From Macrostomum lignano (taxonomy: Eukaryota), in assembly GCA_002269645.1 (NCBI GenBank), contig NIVC01000504.1:206792-270791 (forward strand): DNA of 64,000 nucleotides, written 5' to 3'. The notes under the pieces were generated by a model, which was given only the letters and a program-made list of their open reading frames with translations, made no database searches and was not told the DNA's origin. Below are positions 37,637 through 51,700 of the stretch, in pieces. Both the position numbers and the translations under genes were made by a program. The first letter of the stretch is position 1; the number at the start of each line of letters is the position of its first letter.

Positions 37637-40086
37637 TACGAGTATTGATTTACAACAAGTATGTTTCGCTATGCTATAAAAGACAAACTAGTGAATCAAC
37701 ATGACAATTAATCAACAAAACTTTGCGACCGCATAATGAACTCATAGTAACTCTAGCTAGTTGCCGCCAAGGTCAACGCACTTCTGCCAGCGGCGCACCC
37801 ACGCCTTAAAGGCACTGGGCAGGGCTTCAACCGCCAATGGCCAGATGTCGGAAAGCTGATGAAGCGCTGTTATTAGTTTGTTCCACTGAAGCAAAACGTT
37901 GACCACGAAGACTATCCTTCATTCTTGGAAAAACGTAGAAGTCCACCCGAAGCCAAGTCAGACGAATAACACGGCTGAGGCAGAACTTCCCAGTCCCAGA
38001 ACTCCAAGAGCTCTTCCACTCTTCTGGCGCAGTGCACAGGCGCATTGTCGTGATGAAAGATGACGCTTCTCTCCAGCAAGCCAGGTCGCTTCTTTCTGAT
38101 CGCCGGGATCGCAGTTTCTCCTGCAGAATCCATTTGTAATATTCGGCGTTCACCTGGTACCGACTGACACAGGCCAGTCCACCAGAATGCCATGGACGTC
38201 GAAGAAGATGATGTCCATCACCTTCGTTGAACTCTGCTTGCGCTGCACCTTCTCCGGGCTTGCTGATCCCCTTGGAAGCCAAGCCACTGTGCTGACTGCC
38301 GCTTCAGCTAAGGATCCCATTCGTAGGTCGAAGTCTCATCTCCTGTCACAATCCTGCTGCTGAGGAAGTCATTGCCTTCTCGATGAAATCGACAAAGGTG
38401 CACTCTGGACAGCCTCACCCGCTCCTCCATCTGCTCTTCTGTCAGCAGGTGGGGCACCCATTTGGCGAAGATCTGGCATTCTTTCGGATGACGATCACCT
38501 GAAAAGTGACGATCACCAATGTAAAAGTTCTGGGTAATTGAAATTGAAAGTAAGAAAGCGAGTCAAACAAATTGTCCAGAAATAAAAAACCCAACATTGG
38601 GGCTATCAGTCGTGAATCGTGTATTTCGTAGTAACCGCCACGTGTATTAAATCAATTTCGGATGGAATGATCGTCTTCCGAAACTACAGCTTGGCAATTC
38701 TAGAAAAAAATTAGTGTCTCAAAGTTTAACATCTAGTGAACGTAAGTCAGTTTCGGAAGACGATCATTTTAATATGAAGGTAGCCCTGAAATGATTGCGT
38801 TCCGAAAGTACAGAGTTTTTATTGTCTTAGGAGCAGTAATCATTGAATGAAGTGGCCCCATTGCACAGCTGCCTCCGCTTCAATGCCGTACATGGCGCGC
38901 AGTGAACTGTGGGTTATAATATGGATGCACCCCCCCTCAGTTTCGGAAGGCGATCATTCTTAATGTAATTTGTACATTGTAATGATCGTCAACCGAAAGT
39001 ACATGGCTTACCTTTGCGGAGTGTTCAGAAGATAACCAATGCAGTACCCAATGATGTCCATTGGATTCAGTTTAGAATTCTCGAAAAAAGTTCCCCTTCT
39101 AATGGAGACTCTTTTTTCATGTGCTCCAAATGGCGAACCAGCTCCCTTCTTGCACCGGAACACGACGCCGTCTGTCGAGCATGCCATAGTGAGTGCTACT
39201 GAAATATGAGAAAGAAAAGCTGTAGTTTCGGATCACGATCATTTGTATTCAAAAGTATCATTGAAATGATCGCATTCCGAAACTGATTATATACACGTCC
39301 ATGACAGAAATAATGCTATTGATGTTGCTGGTTTTAAATTGGAAAGTTTCTCTGTTTTTCTGTAGTTTCGGATCGCGATCCTTTCTATTCAAAACTTATA
39401 TTGAAATGATCGCCTTCCGAAACTAATTATATAGTTGCCGTTTTACCATGATTTCTACAGCACAGTATACCATTTTCATAGGTGATCGTCAACCGAAACT
39501 TGTAAGAAACGGAATGATCGTCATCCGAAAGAATGCCGAAGATCTTCTGCATGCCCAAGTTCTCAGTTAGGATGCGATGCACCGTGATGTGGGGGATGTC
39601 TAGAAGTTCCTCTCGAGCTCAGCGCAAGTCAGCCTGCTGTCCTCTGTCACCGCATCCTCCACACGCTTGGCATTTGCGTCGGTTGTTGCTGTTCTTGGCC
39701 TTTCGGAGCGCTCTCTATCTTCCATACACAGCCTCCCTCCCTGGACCTCACGAACCCACTTGCGCACTGTCTGAATTGATGGAGCTTCCTCTCTCAAAAC
39801 ATCTCCAAGCTCTGGAATAGCAGTTGCCGATTTTCCAGCCAAAACTCCAAACTTGATGATGTTCCGAACGCCAAACCGAGTGAACGAAGCTGACGTGGCC
39901 ATCTTTGCAAAAGTCTATTTGAATAAGGCGGTGATGCTCTGCGGCTTGTGAGCTTGACAGCACTCTGAAACTTGTATTCTCCTTTACCATAGACTATAGG
40001 TTAGTACATAGCTAGTGTCTCCTGTCCAATGTACTTTTAATAAATTTTGGAGAATAGCGAACCATACTTTTGGAATAGCCCTCGTA
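37637..40086 (-). mobile_element. Mariner (DD34D) transposon, degenerate, interrupted by a nested insertion
   Basis: HTH part 39538-39900 (VRKWVREVQGGR..EDRERSERP). After removing the insert it reads QKIFAKWVPHLL, IVTGDET, HDNAPVH, YSSDLA, DFYVFPRMKDSLRGQRF. TIR TACGAGGGCTATTCCAAAAGTATGGTTCGCTAT at 40086-40051 and a degenerate copy at 37637-37674. Net length about 1.38 kb. Confidence 0.9.
38475..39537. mobile_element. 1,063-bp non-autonomous DNA transposon (MITE / foldback-like) with perfect 23-bp TIR and 8-bp TSD
   Basis: TIR ggcattctttcggatgacgatca and its exact reverse complement; TSD gaagatct at 38467-38474 and 39538-39545; removal restores the mariner reading frame. Confidence 0.92.
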
Positions 40087-42824
40087 CTCCTACTCATAAC
40101 GGCTGAAATGATGTGGCTCATATGGAGGGGGTTTGCTGAGATGCTGAGGGCCAATTAGTTCGAAGTTGTCATTATTGTACGTGCAGCCGAAACCAAAGTT
40201 GGTAGATCAAAATGAGATTTAGGTTGAAGCAATGGCTAAAAGGGAGTTGATGAGGACGCACTTTTTTCCAAATCCCGCGCTAGCACATGGGTTCTAAACT
40301 TACTAGCCTACTAACAGCAGGCTATGGGCATTTTTATTATTTTCCTGCAAATTGTCATAGAATCTATACTAGATATAATGTTTGGTCATACTAGTAGTCA
40401 TAATAACATAGGCGCAGCTTTTTGGGTCATAAATCATCGCTTTCGAAGCTGATCTGACAGCCACCTGCGCCTCACTCAGTGTTAAGACTGGCGCCAGATG
40501 GTCTGAGGGGATGCAAATGATAGCTTTTTTCTCATCATTTTGACAGGCCATCAAGATTTATGAGGTCAGAGCCTATTGTTCGTGTTCACTCAAGCGTGTG
40601 AAAGCTTTGACAGCTATGCGTTTTACCCTTAAAAGTAATTTGGGATTAGCGATTAGCGATTTCTCTTCATTATCTTCACTTTCTATTTAATAAGAGCTTT
40701 CTAATGTATATTTTTTCATTAATTTCTGTCAATCCTACGCGAAAAGTCATAAATCATTTTGTTGCGAATTTGATTGATTTTTTGCCGCACCTGCCATGTT
40801 TTTACGACCCCGAGGGAACTGATAGGATCTCCCGGTCACGTGACTTTGGGTGGCAACAAGCTTAGCCAATCAGAAAATTCGACGCTCATTTTAACAAATC
40901 GGCTCAGCCAATCAGAATCGATGTGTTCCATTATAACAAACTGCGGTCCAGTTCGCGGCTATTTTAACCGGTGTTTTTGGCTCGCTCGAACTTCAACCGG
41001 TTCAACCCCTGCAAACCCTTTCTGGAGACCGGCCAGGAACTTGCTCTCTCTCTGGCCTGAGCGTCGTTTCTTGATCCCCGGATTGCGACTCCCCCCCTCA
41101 TCATCAAGGACGAATTCCCCCGTTCATCAGCAGTGAACATCAAAGTTAAGAGCATCACCTGCTAGCTATCTGCGAAGGTTGTGACATCAGCATCATCCCG
41201 GGTCTACAGCTGCGAAGCACTAATCCGATTCGGTCACTGTGGATTACCTGGTCTCCGGCTGTTGAGTTTCTGATTGGTTGGGTGAGAGGCTACCTAGACT
41301 TGCTTGATTGGGTGATTCCTTATCTGTCCCCTGTTTCAGTAGCTGGATTAGGCGCACACTTTTGCTCATTTTGTTCAGTAGTGCTGTTACTGAGGCAGAA
41401 ATCATTCAATAATACTGCTAGTAGTCTGAAGCTCCAATTTAATCTGAGGCGTGAAGTGGTTCAAGGAGAAGGTTAAATCTGACAGTTACTTTTATCGGCT
41501 TTATTTCTTTGTTCGCCGATGGCTCAGATGAGTGGCTAAGCTAGTAGGCGCCGGTCATAGTGGACCAATGGCAAGGCAGTTCTCAGTCGATCAATCTATC
41601 AAATCAGTTAGCAAAATTGCCAGTAGTGCAGAATCGGTGCCAGAGATGTACTCTGTGCACTCTAGGTTAGCCAAGCGGCTCAGGTAATGAATCATGCGGT
41701 CTCTGAGGTTCGAGTTAGTCTATCATCAGCGCTACGAGAGGCTGGTTGGCGCGTTGAAGGCCAAAAGTACAATTCCTCGTATTTAGCAATGTAATAGTAC
41801 ATGTAGCTACCCCATAGACTCGCCACTGCAAGAATCCCCTGCACAAGTCCCCTCTGTACCTGCATGGCCAATGCGATCTAGTCCCAGCAGTGTCCCTTAT
41901 CATCGGCTATGACTTCGAGATTGACAGCAAAAAGACACTAGTTGGCAGGTAAGTGCAAAGCCCCTTCTAGTCGGAAGCCAGATTTCGAAAGTTCCGGTTT
42001 GGTGAGCCAGAACGCACAGGCTGGTGGCAGCGAGTTAGCTAATCTGCAGATTAACTAATTTCTACCTTAAAAATTCTCCCTGCTTGTCTCTCGCTGTCCC
42101 TCTCTTAGCTATAGGACCTAGACTGCTCGCCACACGATCAAGCTACCATGGGGCTGACCATCTGACAGGAGGGGGGGCCAGGACTCTAATTGATTTATTT
42201 CTGAGACTTGAGGCTCGAAGGCTTCCCCACAAGGGGGCTGAAAGGTCGAAACCCATCAGGAGCCCTTGATGCCAAAGCTCACAGGGATGCTGATATCTTA
42301 GGCTAGATATTTGGCTTATATTCTTGAGATGATTTTTTGTTTTGATATCATTAACTTTCTTAGGACACCATGCACTATAGTGACTTGTACAAGGGTCAAG
42401 AAGCTACATGTACATGTAGTTTATTAAAAAAAATTATTTCATTCTTTGTTGCCGCAACAACGGAGGGAGCTGTTTTCTAGAATTGCAGCTCCCAAAGCAG
42501 CTTTTATATAGGATTCTGCAAAGCTGGAATACATTCGCAGTCGGCAACACTTACTGTAACTCATCAGCTAAGGTACATTGTATATGCATATGTTATAAAA
42601 AGCAAAATCATTTTAATTTATCCATGCATGCGTCCTTGGCAGTATGTACAATAAAATGTCAAGCTGGAGTAACATGTATGCTTGACAGCAAACAATTCTT
42701 GAAGTGTTTAAGTATTATTTAGCAAACTTTTACTGTCGGTCATATAAATTGATTGTTCGCATTTTCAGAGACTTTAAGCCGAATTGATCGGCATACATCG
42801 GCATTGTTGCGTATCCACTCTTCT

Positions 42825-44400
42825 TCAAGACGAATACGACTCTTCTTTTGGTAGTAAAAGCTGACCTTCATCGCTGGAAACAGCACTAACACGGCGCGTA
42901 GGTTCGACTTCACTATATTGGCTGTAGCTTTCTGCTCTCGCCTCTTCAAAGTCGACGTCATGTCCGTCGCTTTCATCGTCAACTACTCTATCAGCCGCCA
43001 TGTAGTCGCAATCATCATCAACTTCTGACAAACGCTTTACTAGTTGGACGCAAAAACAGCGATAATAAAGCATAGCCAGCGCTAACTCGACAAACATCAC
43101 CGCATAAACGATACGAAGATCATTCGACTTTCCGTACACTTGCGGGATGATAGGTCGATCTCTAGGGAACTTTGACATAATAAGTATTTTTAAACCAGTA
43201 ATGAAGCCGCTGATCGCCCAGACTGCAGACAGCAGACCCATGACAAAGCTTTTACTTGCAGCTTGTGCCACTCGGTACATCAGCTCGTAACCTGCAGCCA
43301 GTGCTAGAGCGTTGCTAATACCATATAGTACCGATGCGGTTCCGTAAACAGTGTGAATTAGTCGAGAGTCTAGAGGAGCCAAGCTTCTGACCCCTGCCCA
43401 GCTGTTCCAAACTATCATCGCACCGTTACAAAGTAATAATAGGGTAACTCCTGAGTAAAAGCGAGCATTAATGTGGCCTCGATCCTTGTTTTGTAAACAG
43501 CCGATGGAATAAGACATGGTTAATAGACCCACGGTAGCTAGTGTTGCCATGTTGTAGCCCACAAACACTTCTGCGCAACTGGTGTGGGTATGGCGTTTGC
43601 TAGTGTGATTTAAGTAGTAGTTAATTTCAAAGCAGTAATGGAAAAAACGAATTCCAAAAATGTTGTTCACTAAGAGCACAAGAGGCGCCAGTAGTAGGAA
43701 GTAGCGCAACAGACGAATCTTTGTCGGAAATTGGAATCCATCGACAAGCTGATGTTGAAAGCGACGTTGGTAGCTTCTCCAGTCGAGTCGAAGACGCAGA
43801 GAGAACACAATATAAACCAGTGGTGAGATGCAGAGGATCCAAATAAGATTTACGTAATGTCGTGTCAGCTTTATTAGCGTACCGATCAGTTCACCGAGCG
43901 ATGCCGACGCGTAGTACGCAATCAATCCAGGTGTTGGACTGCCGAGGTCGCCGTCCGAGATTTTCATAAACGATGCAATCATAAGTCCGAAACTGATGCC
44001 GTTCGCTAAGCAGTTTGGTACCAGACCGATAACGTACACTAGCTTGATGCAAATAACGCCAGCCATCTCCATTGCAGTAGTGTACACACCTGCCAATAAT
44101 AAAATTACTCCGGATATGCGCAGAAGGCGAAGCTCTCCAAACCACTTGTCAGCAATTAAACCACTTAGCGCAGTCAACAAAAATTCAATTACCGGTAGGT
44201 AAAAAAGATTAGAAAACTCGTCGCCCTTACCATGAAAGTAGCATTTTCTTGTTTTTTCGTCGAAAGAATAGTCAGAGGTGTGAATTTCTATAAAAAAAAT
44301 AGAAGCTGATTGATAGGCAGAGTCGCATGATAAACAAATTAGTCACTGTGCGGATCCAGGCCCACGAATTGTTCCTAGCAAAAAGTTCTTCCGAAGACAT
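42825..44400 (-). CDS. SLC15/POT(PTR2)-like MFS membrane protein, copy 1 (single +1 frameshift in an A8 run at ~44292-44299)
   Basis: ATG at 44400 (MSSEELFARNNSWAWIRT). Removing one base from the homopolymer joins it to ORF 42825-44180 for about 524 aa. SGLIADKWFG (PTR2-like) and GYELMYRVA..SKSFVMG (SLC15 TM10-11-like). Either a sequencing error or a young pseudogene. Confidence 0.6.
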
Positions 44401-46729
44401 CTCTGAAGCAGGGAATAAGGATGGTTTGATTGCATGTACGCATACGTCAAACGACGTAGATACATGTTAGCTACAATAAAAACTGTAAATAAATCTTTTA
44501 ACTTTTTACATCCTCACCGAAATGATTTTTATTTCGATCGTCAATAGACAACTGAGATGTGCGCTTCCGATTGCATATCCGACTTCGATAACAACTTATA
44601 TATGGCTCATTGGCGCCACATGGACTAGCATTAAATAGCAGAGCAAACAGTTGCGGATTTGCAGAAGAGGGAAATTTATGAAATATCAGTGTGGTATTTT
44701 TGCTATTTCTAAGCTTTTGAAATGCTTAAATATATGCGAGCATTGAAGTAGTACTGTAATCCGTATTTTATGCGTTTACACGAGACCAGTTATTTATTTT
44801 TAACAAATTTATCTACGTTAATCTGTACACTCAGGCTGTTGTTGCATTACGAGTATATTCTCTGCAGTAAGACCAATTAATAATGACATGTTTGATGCTT
44901 TTAGAATCGAGGGCTTTGCCTAATTGTGCATGTATTTCAGACGAGATATTCTTGAACAAAGATAAAAATACAGTAAGCATGCAGCCGCTAGTCCACTAGC
45001 TTATCTTACCCGTATTCAGTTGACCATTTGGATGGCAACTCAGAGTATCTCTTGCCACATCAATATCGAATTTTAGTTTTTCATAGCTTTACCTCTAAAC
45101 GACTACTGCGTTAGGCTGTAGCTCTCAAATAAAAAACTGCAGGTACATGCCTTAAGACTGAATAATCGGCATCTTGATTAATACTTGAAAACAAAACATT
45201 TTAAAGCTGCACTTTGGGGTATGTTAAGGACCAGTTTCTTAAAATTGGCAAGGACAGAACGCGAGGCTGTCACAAGAAACTGACAGATGGCTCGAAGTCC
45301 ATTGCAGTCCGCTTGTTTCGTTAGTTTAAATTTCAACTCTATGCATATAGTTTGTATATGCGTGCGCGTAATATACTCAATTACTCAAGTAAATTTGAAA
45401 GTGGGTCCGAACAAACTGTACATTGATTTGAGCAATCTTTGATCCGCAGAGCTACTAACGGTAAAGTATAAGCTGTCCTCAAGTTTAATCCTTGTTAATT
45501 TTGAAAAATCATGCAGTACATGTAGTTCTTAAAGGCTGTGAACTTTCGAACTTGTGAAATATGATGTTTCTGCGTTGTGAAATTTCCGGTCTCGTGAAAC
45601 CCCCTCCAAGAAAAGTCCTGGCGCATATAGATGTATAGTTAGTCACGTACGCATCGGGCTTTATTTGGAGCATATTGCATCATCGATCGTTGGAGGATAC
45701 ACTATTTGACTACTATGGGTTACCGTTCCTATATGCAATGTTAATCAGCCAACTTTGTATCAATTTAATTACGTGATAATGCAGTTCATTTATTTGTGCT
45801 TGATCAGTCATAACTACTTTTAAAATAATTATCGGTAAGAATATTCGAGCTAAGGCAGTGGAAATTTTTAGAAACAATTTTTAAGTATAAAAAGTTATTG
45901 AGAAAATTTTGCTCTCGTAAGCTAGCTCGTATATTATAGATTGAAATGAAGAAAAATAATTACAAGAGGCGCAGCAAACAATAAGCGAAAAAATATTTTA
46001 TACTTTGCGCTCGTATAGCAAAATTTATTACTCGTATATTCGTGGCACCTTGAACAAGGTCTAAATGCGATGAAGATATTTTACTTAAACATGTTAAATT
46101 TAGTTAAGCGCACGCATGGCGAACAAATTACGAGCGTAGAAATTTCTAGAAAATGACCCAACTTAGAAGTATGGAGACATACATGCGCAACCACGTCACG
46201 TGACTACTATTCCGTCTAATAGCGAATAGCCAAGCATGATAGAGAATTGAAAGTTTCAGGAATATGACAACTGTTTCCACAACATGTTAATCAGCATCTG
46301 GTTTTAGACGAAAAACTTCGAATTTTTAACAAACACGAAAAGTTTTTGATCAAATAATCAGCAAAAATCAGCACTGTTGTAAATTCACTGTTGTGAAAGC
46401 CATTTGCATTACTTCTAGCCACCCCCGTACACACCTTTTAATTGCACTGCTCCCACTGTCGGTCCCCACTCCTACGTCACGTCACGGCTGCATGGTTAAC
46501 CACCCCCTGCGCTTCTATCTGTCTTCGCCGGTCCAGAGTTTTGGGCGACACCACTCTATTGCTCAGCCTCCCTGCCCGCCAAGTTACATTAATGATGCAA
46601 TCATATTTTTCAATATAGATTTGTTCTGCAAAATTCTTCGGGTACTTATTGAGTTTTTACAAATTGACGCAAATTCGATAACCGGCCTTCAATTCCGAGA
46701 GCACCGTCGTTATAAGCTAGTAGTACATA

Positions 46730-48238
46730 TTAAATTATTGAAGCTTTAATAAGTGACTGTCGCTCCGAATTAGTGTTTCCATCGTCAGGAAGATCGACCA
46801 TCAGTTCGTGATTAGAGTCCGTATCCTGACCGATGCTGTCATAGCTTTCCTCTACTTCGAGTTCCACCATTCGCTTAGACAGCTTAACGTTCACGATGCC
46901 GTAGAACAGAATCATCATGCTTATTTCACAAACAATAATTACATAGGAAATGTAAAGCTTGTTCGACTTGCCCAGCGATGGTTTCAAAACTGGGTCATCA
47001 ACGGGATAGTGCAATAAAGCCAGCATCGTTCCACCGGCGATTGCAGCACCTACTGCCCAGATTGTGATCAGGAAGCCCATGACAAGATTCTTGCTTCCCG
47101 CTGGAGCGACACGGTACATGATTTCGTAGCCGGCCACCATGGATAAACCATTGGCAACTCCGTCTAAACAAGAAGAGGATGCGTAGACAGCGTGAACTAT
47201 CATCCCATCTGGAAGATCCTCGCCTCTACTAGCAGCCCAGTTGTTCCATGCGATCATTGCAGCTTTTGAAAGTAGCAGCAAGAAGGCTCCAGAGTAGAAG
47301 CGAGTGTTTATATGGCTTTTACTTTTGCTGATGTAGCCCATTCGATAGCATACGGCAAGTAAAATCAGTGTAGAAATTGTAGCTGAATGATAAGCGGTTG
47401 TAGACTCGGTGCAGCTGCTTTGCGAGCTGCTAAAATTTGTAGCATTACGATAGATACTTTTCTCTAGGCAGTAAAGAGCTCCAAATACACTGGCAAATAT
47501 GTTCACTAGCATAACAAGAGGTGCTAGTAGAAGAAAATAGCGAATCAAACGAGCTTGTGTCGGAAAAACGAAACCATCAGACATCTGGTGCCCGAAACGT
47601 CTTCGATAGCTGCTCCAGTCGGGGCGAAGCATGACAGATAAAGCAATGATGGGAAATGACCCAGTAATACAAATGTACCCGGTGAAAGCAGTGTTGGGTC
47701 CAAATAGTCTTGGTACCTGGCCTATAAGTCCACCCAAGCTTGCAGCAATGTAGTAGGTAATCAATCCAGGCAATTGGGTGCCAAACTGTCCGTGGGAGAT
47801 CTTCAAGGGTGCGGCCAGCAGGGGTGCCATTGCAATGCCGTTCGCAAAGCCACCGAGTATCACTCCAATGAGGTACAGCGACGGTAGGCAGATTAATTTA
47901 GCCTTCTCAACTGCCGCAATGTACACACCAGACACTAGATATATTACGCCTGAAATACACAGTACGAGCTTCTCGCTGAGCCCTCTGTCAGTTAAAAGGC
48001 CACCGAGAACAGGTAGAAAGAATTCCAGCAGATACAAGGGAATTTGGTAAACATTTGGCTCGCCTTCACTGTCTCTACTAAAGTAGCACTCTCCATTGCC
48101 TAGGTCCTGGATGTAGTCGCTTAAACGGATGTCGCTAATAGCTTGAAAGATCATCGTTGAGCACACTTTTATGACGAACAGAATCACTAGGCTAATTATC
48201 CATGAGCTGCTACCAAAACCAATGTGGTTTACAATCAT
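46730..48238 (-). CDS. SLC15/POT-like MFS membrane protein, copy 2, single coding exon, ~502 aa
   Basis: Uninterrupted ORF with roughly 11-12 hydrophobic segments; LGGLLTDR and GYEIMYRVAPAGSKNLVMG. Likely start is ATG 48238, downstream of a 5'UTR intron 48384-48264 (GAA|gtaagc ... tttcag|); the track's longer start at 48283 lies inside that intron. Confidence 0.75.
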   Translation of the reverse strand: MIVNHIGFGSSSWIISLVILFVIKVCSTMIFQAISDIRLSDYIQDLGNGECYFSRDSEGEPNVYQIPLYLLEFFLPVLGGLLTDRGLSEKLVLCISGVIYLVSGVYIAAVEKAKLICLPSLYLIGVILGGFANGIAMAPLLAAPLKISHGQFGTQLPGLITYYIAASLGGLIGQVPRLFGPNTAFTGYICITGSFPIIALSVMLRPDWSSYRRRFGHQMSDGFVFPTQARLIRYFLLLAPLVMLVNIFASVFGALYCLEKSIYRNATNFSSSQSSCTESTTAYHSATISTLILLAVCYRMGYISKSKSHINTRFYSGAFLLLLSKAAMIAWNNWAASRGEDLPDGMIVHAVYASSSCLDGVANGLSMVAGYEIMYRVAPAGSKNLVMGFLITIWAVGAAIAGGTMLALLHYPVDDPVLKPSLGKSNKLYISYVIIVCEISMMILFYGIVNVKLSKRMVELEVEESYDSIGQDTDSNHELMVDLPDDGNTNSERQSLIKASII

Positions 48239-48749
48239 TTCGACTTCTCTTAATTGATATTTCCTGAAAATCAATGATGACAAAGTATATTCAACCCAAA
48301 AAGCGAGTGAAAAAAATCCATTTTATTCGAGTCAATCAGTAGTTGGAAGGAACCATTTGGCCAAAAAGAATTAAATGTGCTTACTTCAGAGTGTTTTACG
48401 CTCGTGAATAGTTGACCACGCAGATCAAGGTGACGACTCAATTTAATAGGCACAAGCTAAGTTCAGAGCCCAACTGCAGCCGTGTAGCTCGTAGCTCAAT
48501 TTTTTATAAAATGCCGGAAAATGGAATAATTATACCTTTTATAGCAAAGACAAACTTGTCAGAAAAGTTTTTTTTTCGCGACGTACACTTAAATATGTCT
48601 ATGAGTACAATTTTCAGCCAAAGCTCGGATAGCTCGTAGTTTTCACCTGCCTCACTAGCCCAGCACAATGGAGCAAACTCTTAACATCATCACTGTACAA
48701 TAACTCAGCGTGGCCCTATGCGAGAAAGTCTTAACCAAAATTGACAATA

Positions 48750-51700
48750 AGAAAAACTTCTTCACCCGCCTGTACTCTGCTAGCCCGACTGATCGCGCCT
48801 CCTCCGAGCACGAGACTGGCTACGGAGATAATTAGGTGGACGAGCTTTGAGCAATCGGATTAGAGCTTGTCCAGTGTCAACTTCAACCATTCTCTAGCAG
48901 CCAACACGCCGCATCATGCTGTGGCTCCTGAAGACCGGTCCCCTTGGTTGGTGACGCCCAACGCGCACGGAGAACCGGACTGCAGGACACTGAACCCCTA
49001 TCTTGACTTTAAACCAGCGGTAAGATGCAGAGAATCCAAGTAAGATTTACATAAGGTCAAACGTTGTGTGGGAATTCGACGAAGACTACTGGAAGCTGAT
49101 TGCTGAGTCGGACTTGCATCAGTGGGGGTGCGAACCCCGCAGCTGTACCATCGCCACCTGAACGCTCCACGCAATCTGAAGGTCACTTTGAACCAACCCG
49201 GTATCTCGCAACCGTCTGCCTGAGCTTCAACTCACCAGCTGGCTGTCAACGGTCCAGCTGCAGGTACCGGCACGTCTGCAATTGCAAGCTGCCTGGCTGC
49301 GGCAAGCCGCATCCCGCCCAACTGCATCGTCAGAGTGGCGATGCGACGAAGGAGTAAAAAAACTAGATTTATTTTATAGCCACTATGCCTTTATCCCCCA
49401 CCCGCTCTCATCCCATTGTTTGCATCCCCTCACCCCTGCCCGTCACCCCGACCCGCCTCCCCCGCCGCATGGGGTGCTGTCTTCCGACATGAACCAGGCT
49501 TTTTGAAATCTTTTGCTACGCAACGACCCAGACGAGAAATTCCTCCGAAAAGGCCTTCATAACGGCTTCCGCCTCATCAACAAGCCTCCGTCTGCGTTCA
49601 CGCATTCTGCCAACTACCGTTCCGCTACTGACCATGCCGAGCAGGTTGACAAGCAACTCTCCGAAGAGCTCTGACTCGGCCGCTAAAAAAACTATGACGG
49701 ACGCGTCATGGTGAATGCTATCGGCGCGATCCCTAGGTCTGACGGAAGCGTTCGGATGATTCTCGATCTGTCCAGTCCTTCCGGCTCTTTGTTCAACGAC
49801 AGCTATGAGCAGGAGCTGAGTCTGAGATTCTCCTCCGTGCAGGATCGAATGCGTCACATTCGATCCGTGAATGGATCGATGCGTCAGGCCTCGTAAACGA
49901 GGCCTGGCTCGTTTATCGGCAAGGTCGATCTGAAGCAGGCCTACCGCTCTGTCGACATCCACCCGGACTATCAGGCGCTGACGAGCCTCAGCTGGCGTCT
50001 CGCAGTTGACACCGAATCCTCGGTGCTCATCGACACCCGGCTGCCATTCGGTGCCCGGGCCTATTGTTAGATCTTTCACCGTCTCTCACCCGCCATTCAT
50101 CACCACATGCTTAGGCAAGGCTTCCAAGCTATGGGTCAACTACCTGGACGACTGGGCGGTTGCCGGCGACTCTCAGGAAGCTGCTGAATGCGCTTACTAC
50201 TACCTGGTGCACCTCCTGCAGGACCTGGGCTTCACCATCAACTGGAGCAAGCCCACGGCCCCAACACAGCGGTTGGTCTTCCTCCGCGCTCAAATCGACA
50301 CAATTGACGGCACGCTGTCGCTGCCCACGGACAAGGCCGCCAGCACCAGGGATTTGCTGAAGGACTGCCTCTCCCGCGAGATCGTCAAGCTCAAGCAGCT
50401 GGAGAGGCTGGCCGGGAAGCTGTGCTGGTTGGGCCAGATCAACAAGCTGCTGCGTTCTCATCAGCGACGGTCGAGATCTCCGGCTGCCTCAAGAAGCTCG
50501 CGATCTGCTGCAATAGTGGCTGCAGGCAGTGGATTCGCTGCCACCTACGCCTCTGCACCCGCGCTTTCATCAATTGGTAGCCATCGAGTCCGACAGCAGC
50601 TCCGAAGGCGCCGCTGGCATCGTAAGCGGAACCCACTTCAACGACTGGGCGTACTTCAGCTGGGAGCACGACTTCGAGTCAGAGTTCAGAACCTCCACGT
50701 CAACCATAAGGAGCCCCTGGCTCCGCTCCTCACCATCCTGCGCTTCCACGAGCAGCTCAGCAACAGCCGGGTGGTGGTCTACTCCGACAGCACGGCTGCA
50801 GTCGGCAGGATCAACAAGCTGTCCTGCAGGCATCCATCGCTTATTCGAATCTACCAGACGGTGGCCCTCTTGTGCCTTGAGTCTGAGATCCAGCTGCAGG
50901 CGTTTCACCTTCCCGGTCACATGCAGCTCACTAGGGACTCGGCCTCGAGGGTGATGAGCTCAAAGCATGAGCTCGTGAACTTTTGCTGTCGCCACTGTGG
51001 CTCTCTGTGTGTCTATGCCACGGAGTTTGCCTCGCACACCATCTCTGCCGCGTCACGCACCACTCTTCTTTCACAGGTCGCAGCCGCGCTCCCCATCGCC
51101 CCGCCGTATCCGTGCCCATTCTGTGCCGCCTGTCGCTCGCACCCAGCACCCGGAAGTCGTATGCCAGCCACCTGAGGCTCTGGAGGGAGTTCTGTCGACA
51201 GCAGCGGGTTTCCCCCACAGCCGCATCGAAGTCGGACGTCTGCAACTTCACCGCCTTCCTCTTGGAGCGAGGCTGCGCCTCCTACTCAAGCGTGCAAACC
51301 AGCCTCAGCGCAGTGTCCTTCATCCACAGGGCGACGGCAGCACCAGACCCCACCAAGGACAACGCCCGACTGGCTCTCGTCTGCCGCGGAGCCCGACGCC
51401 AACTAAGCAGGCAGCCACGCGGGGCAGAGCTGCTGCAGCCGCATCATCTCCGCTTGCTCTGGAACAGCCCTCTGCTTCAGCAATTACTGCCCTGGCGCCT
51501 CTTCATGGCCTTCAAGGCTGCGCTGCTGGTCGCCTGGTGGGGCGTCCTTCGTCTGGGCACGCTGCTTCCGTCTACCGCTGGTTCTGCTTTGCGCTCTGGC
51601 GCGCTTTCGACCTGCCCCGGCGGCCTCCGCCTGACCATCGGCAAGTCCAAGACTTCCGCAGTGCACCTACTACCTGGTAGGTAGTAGGTGCACTGCGTAG

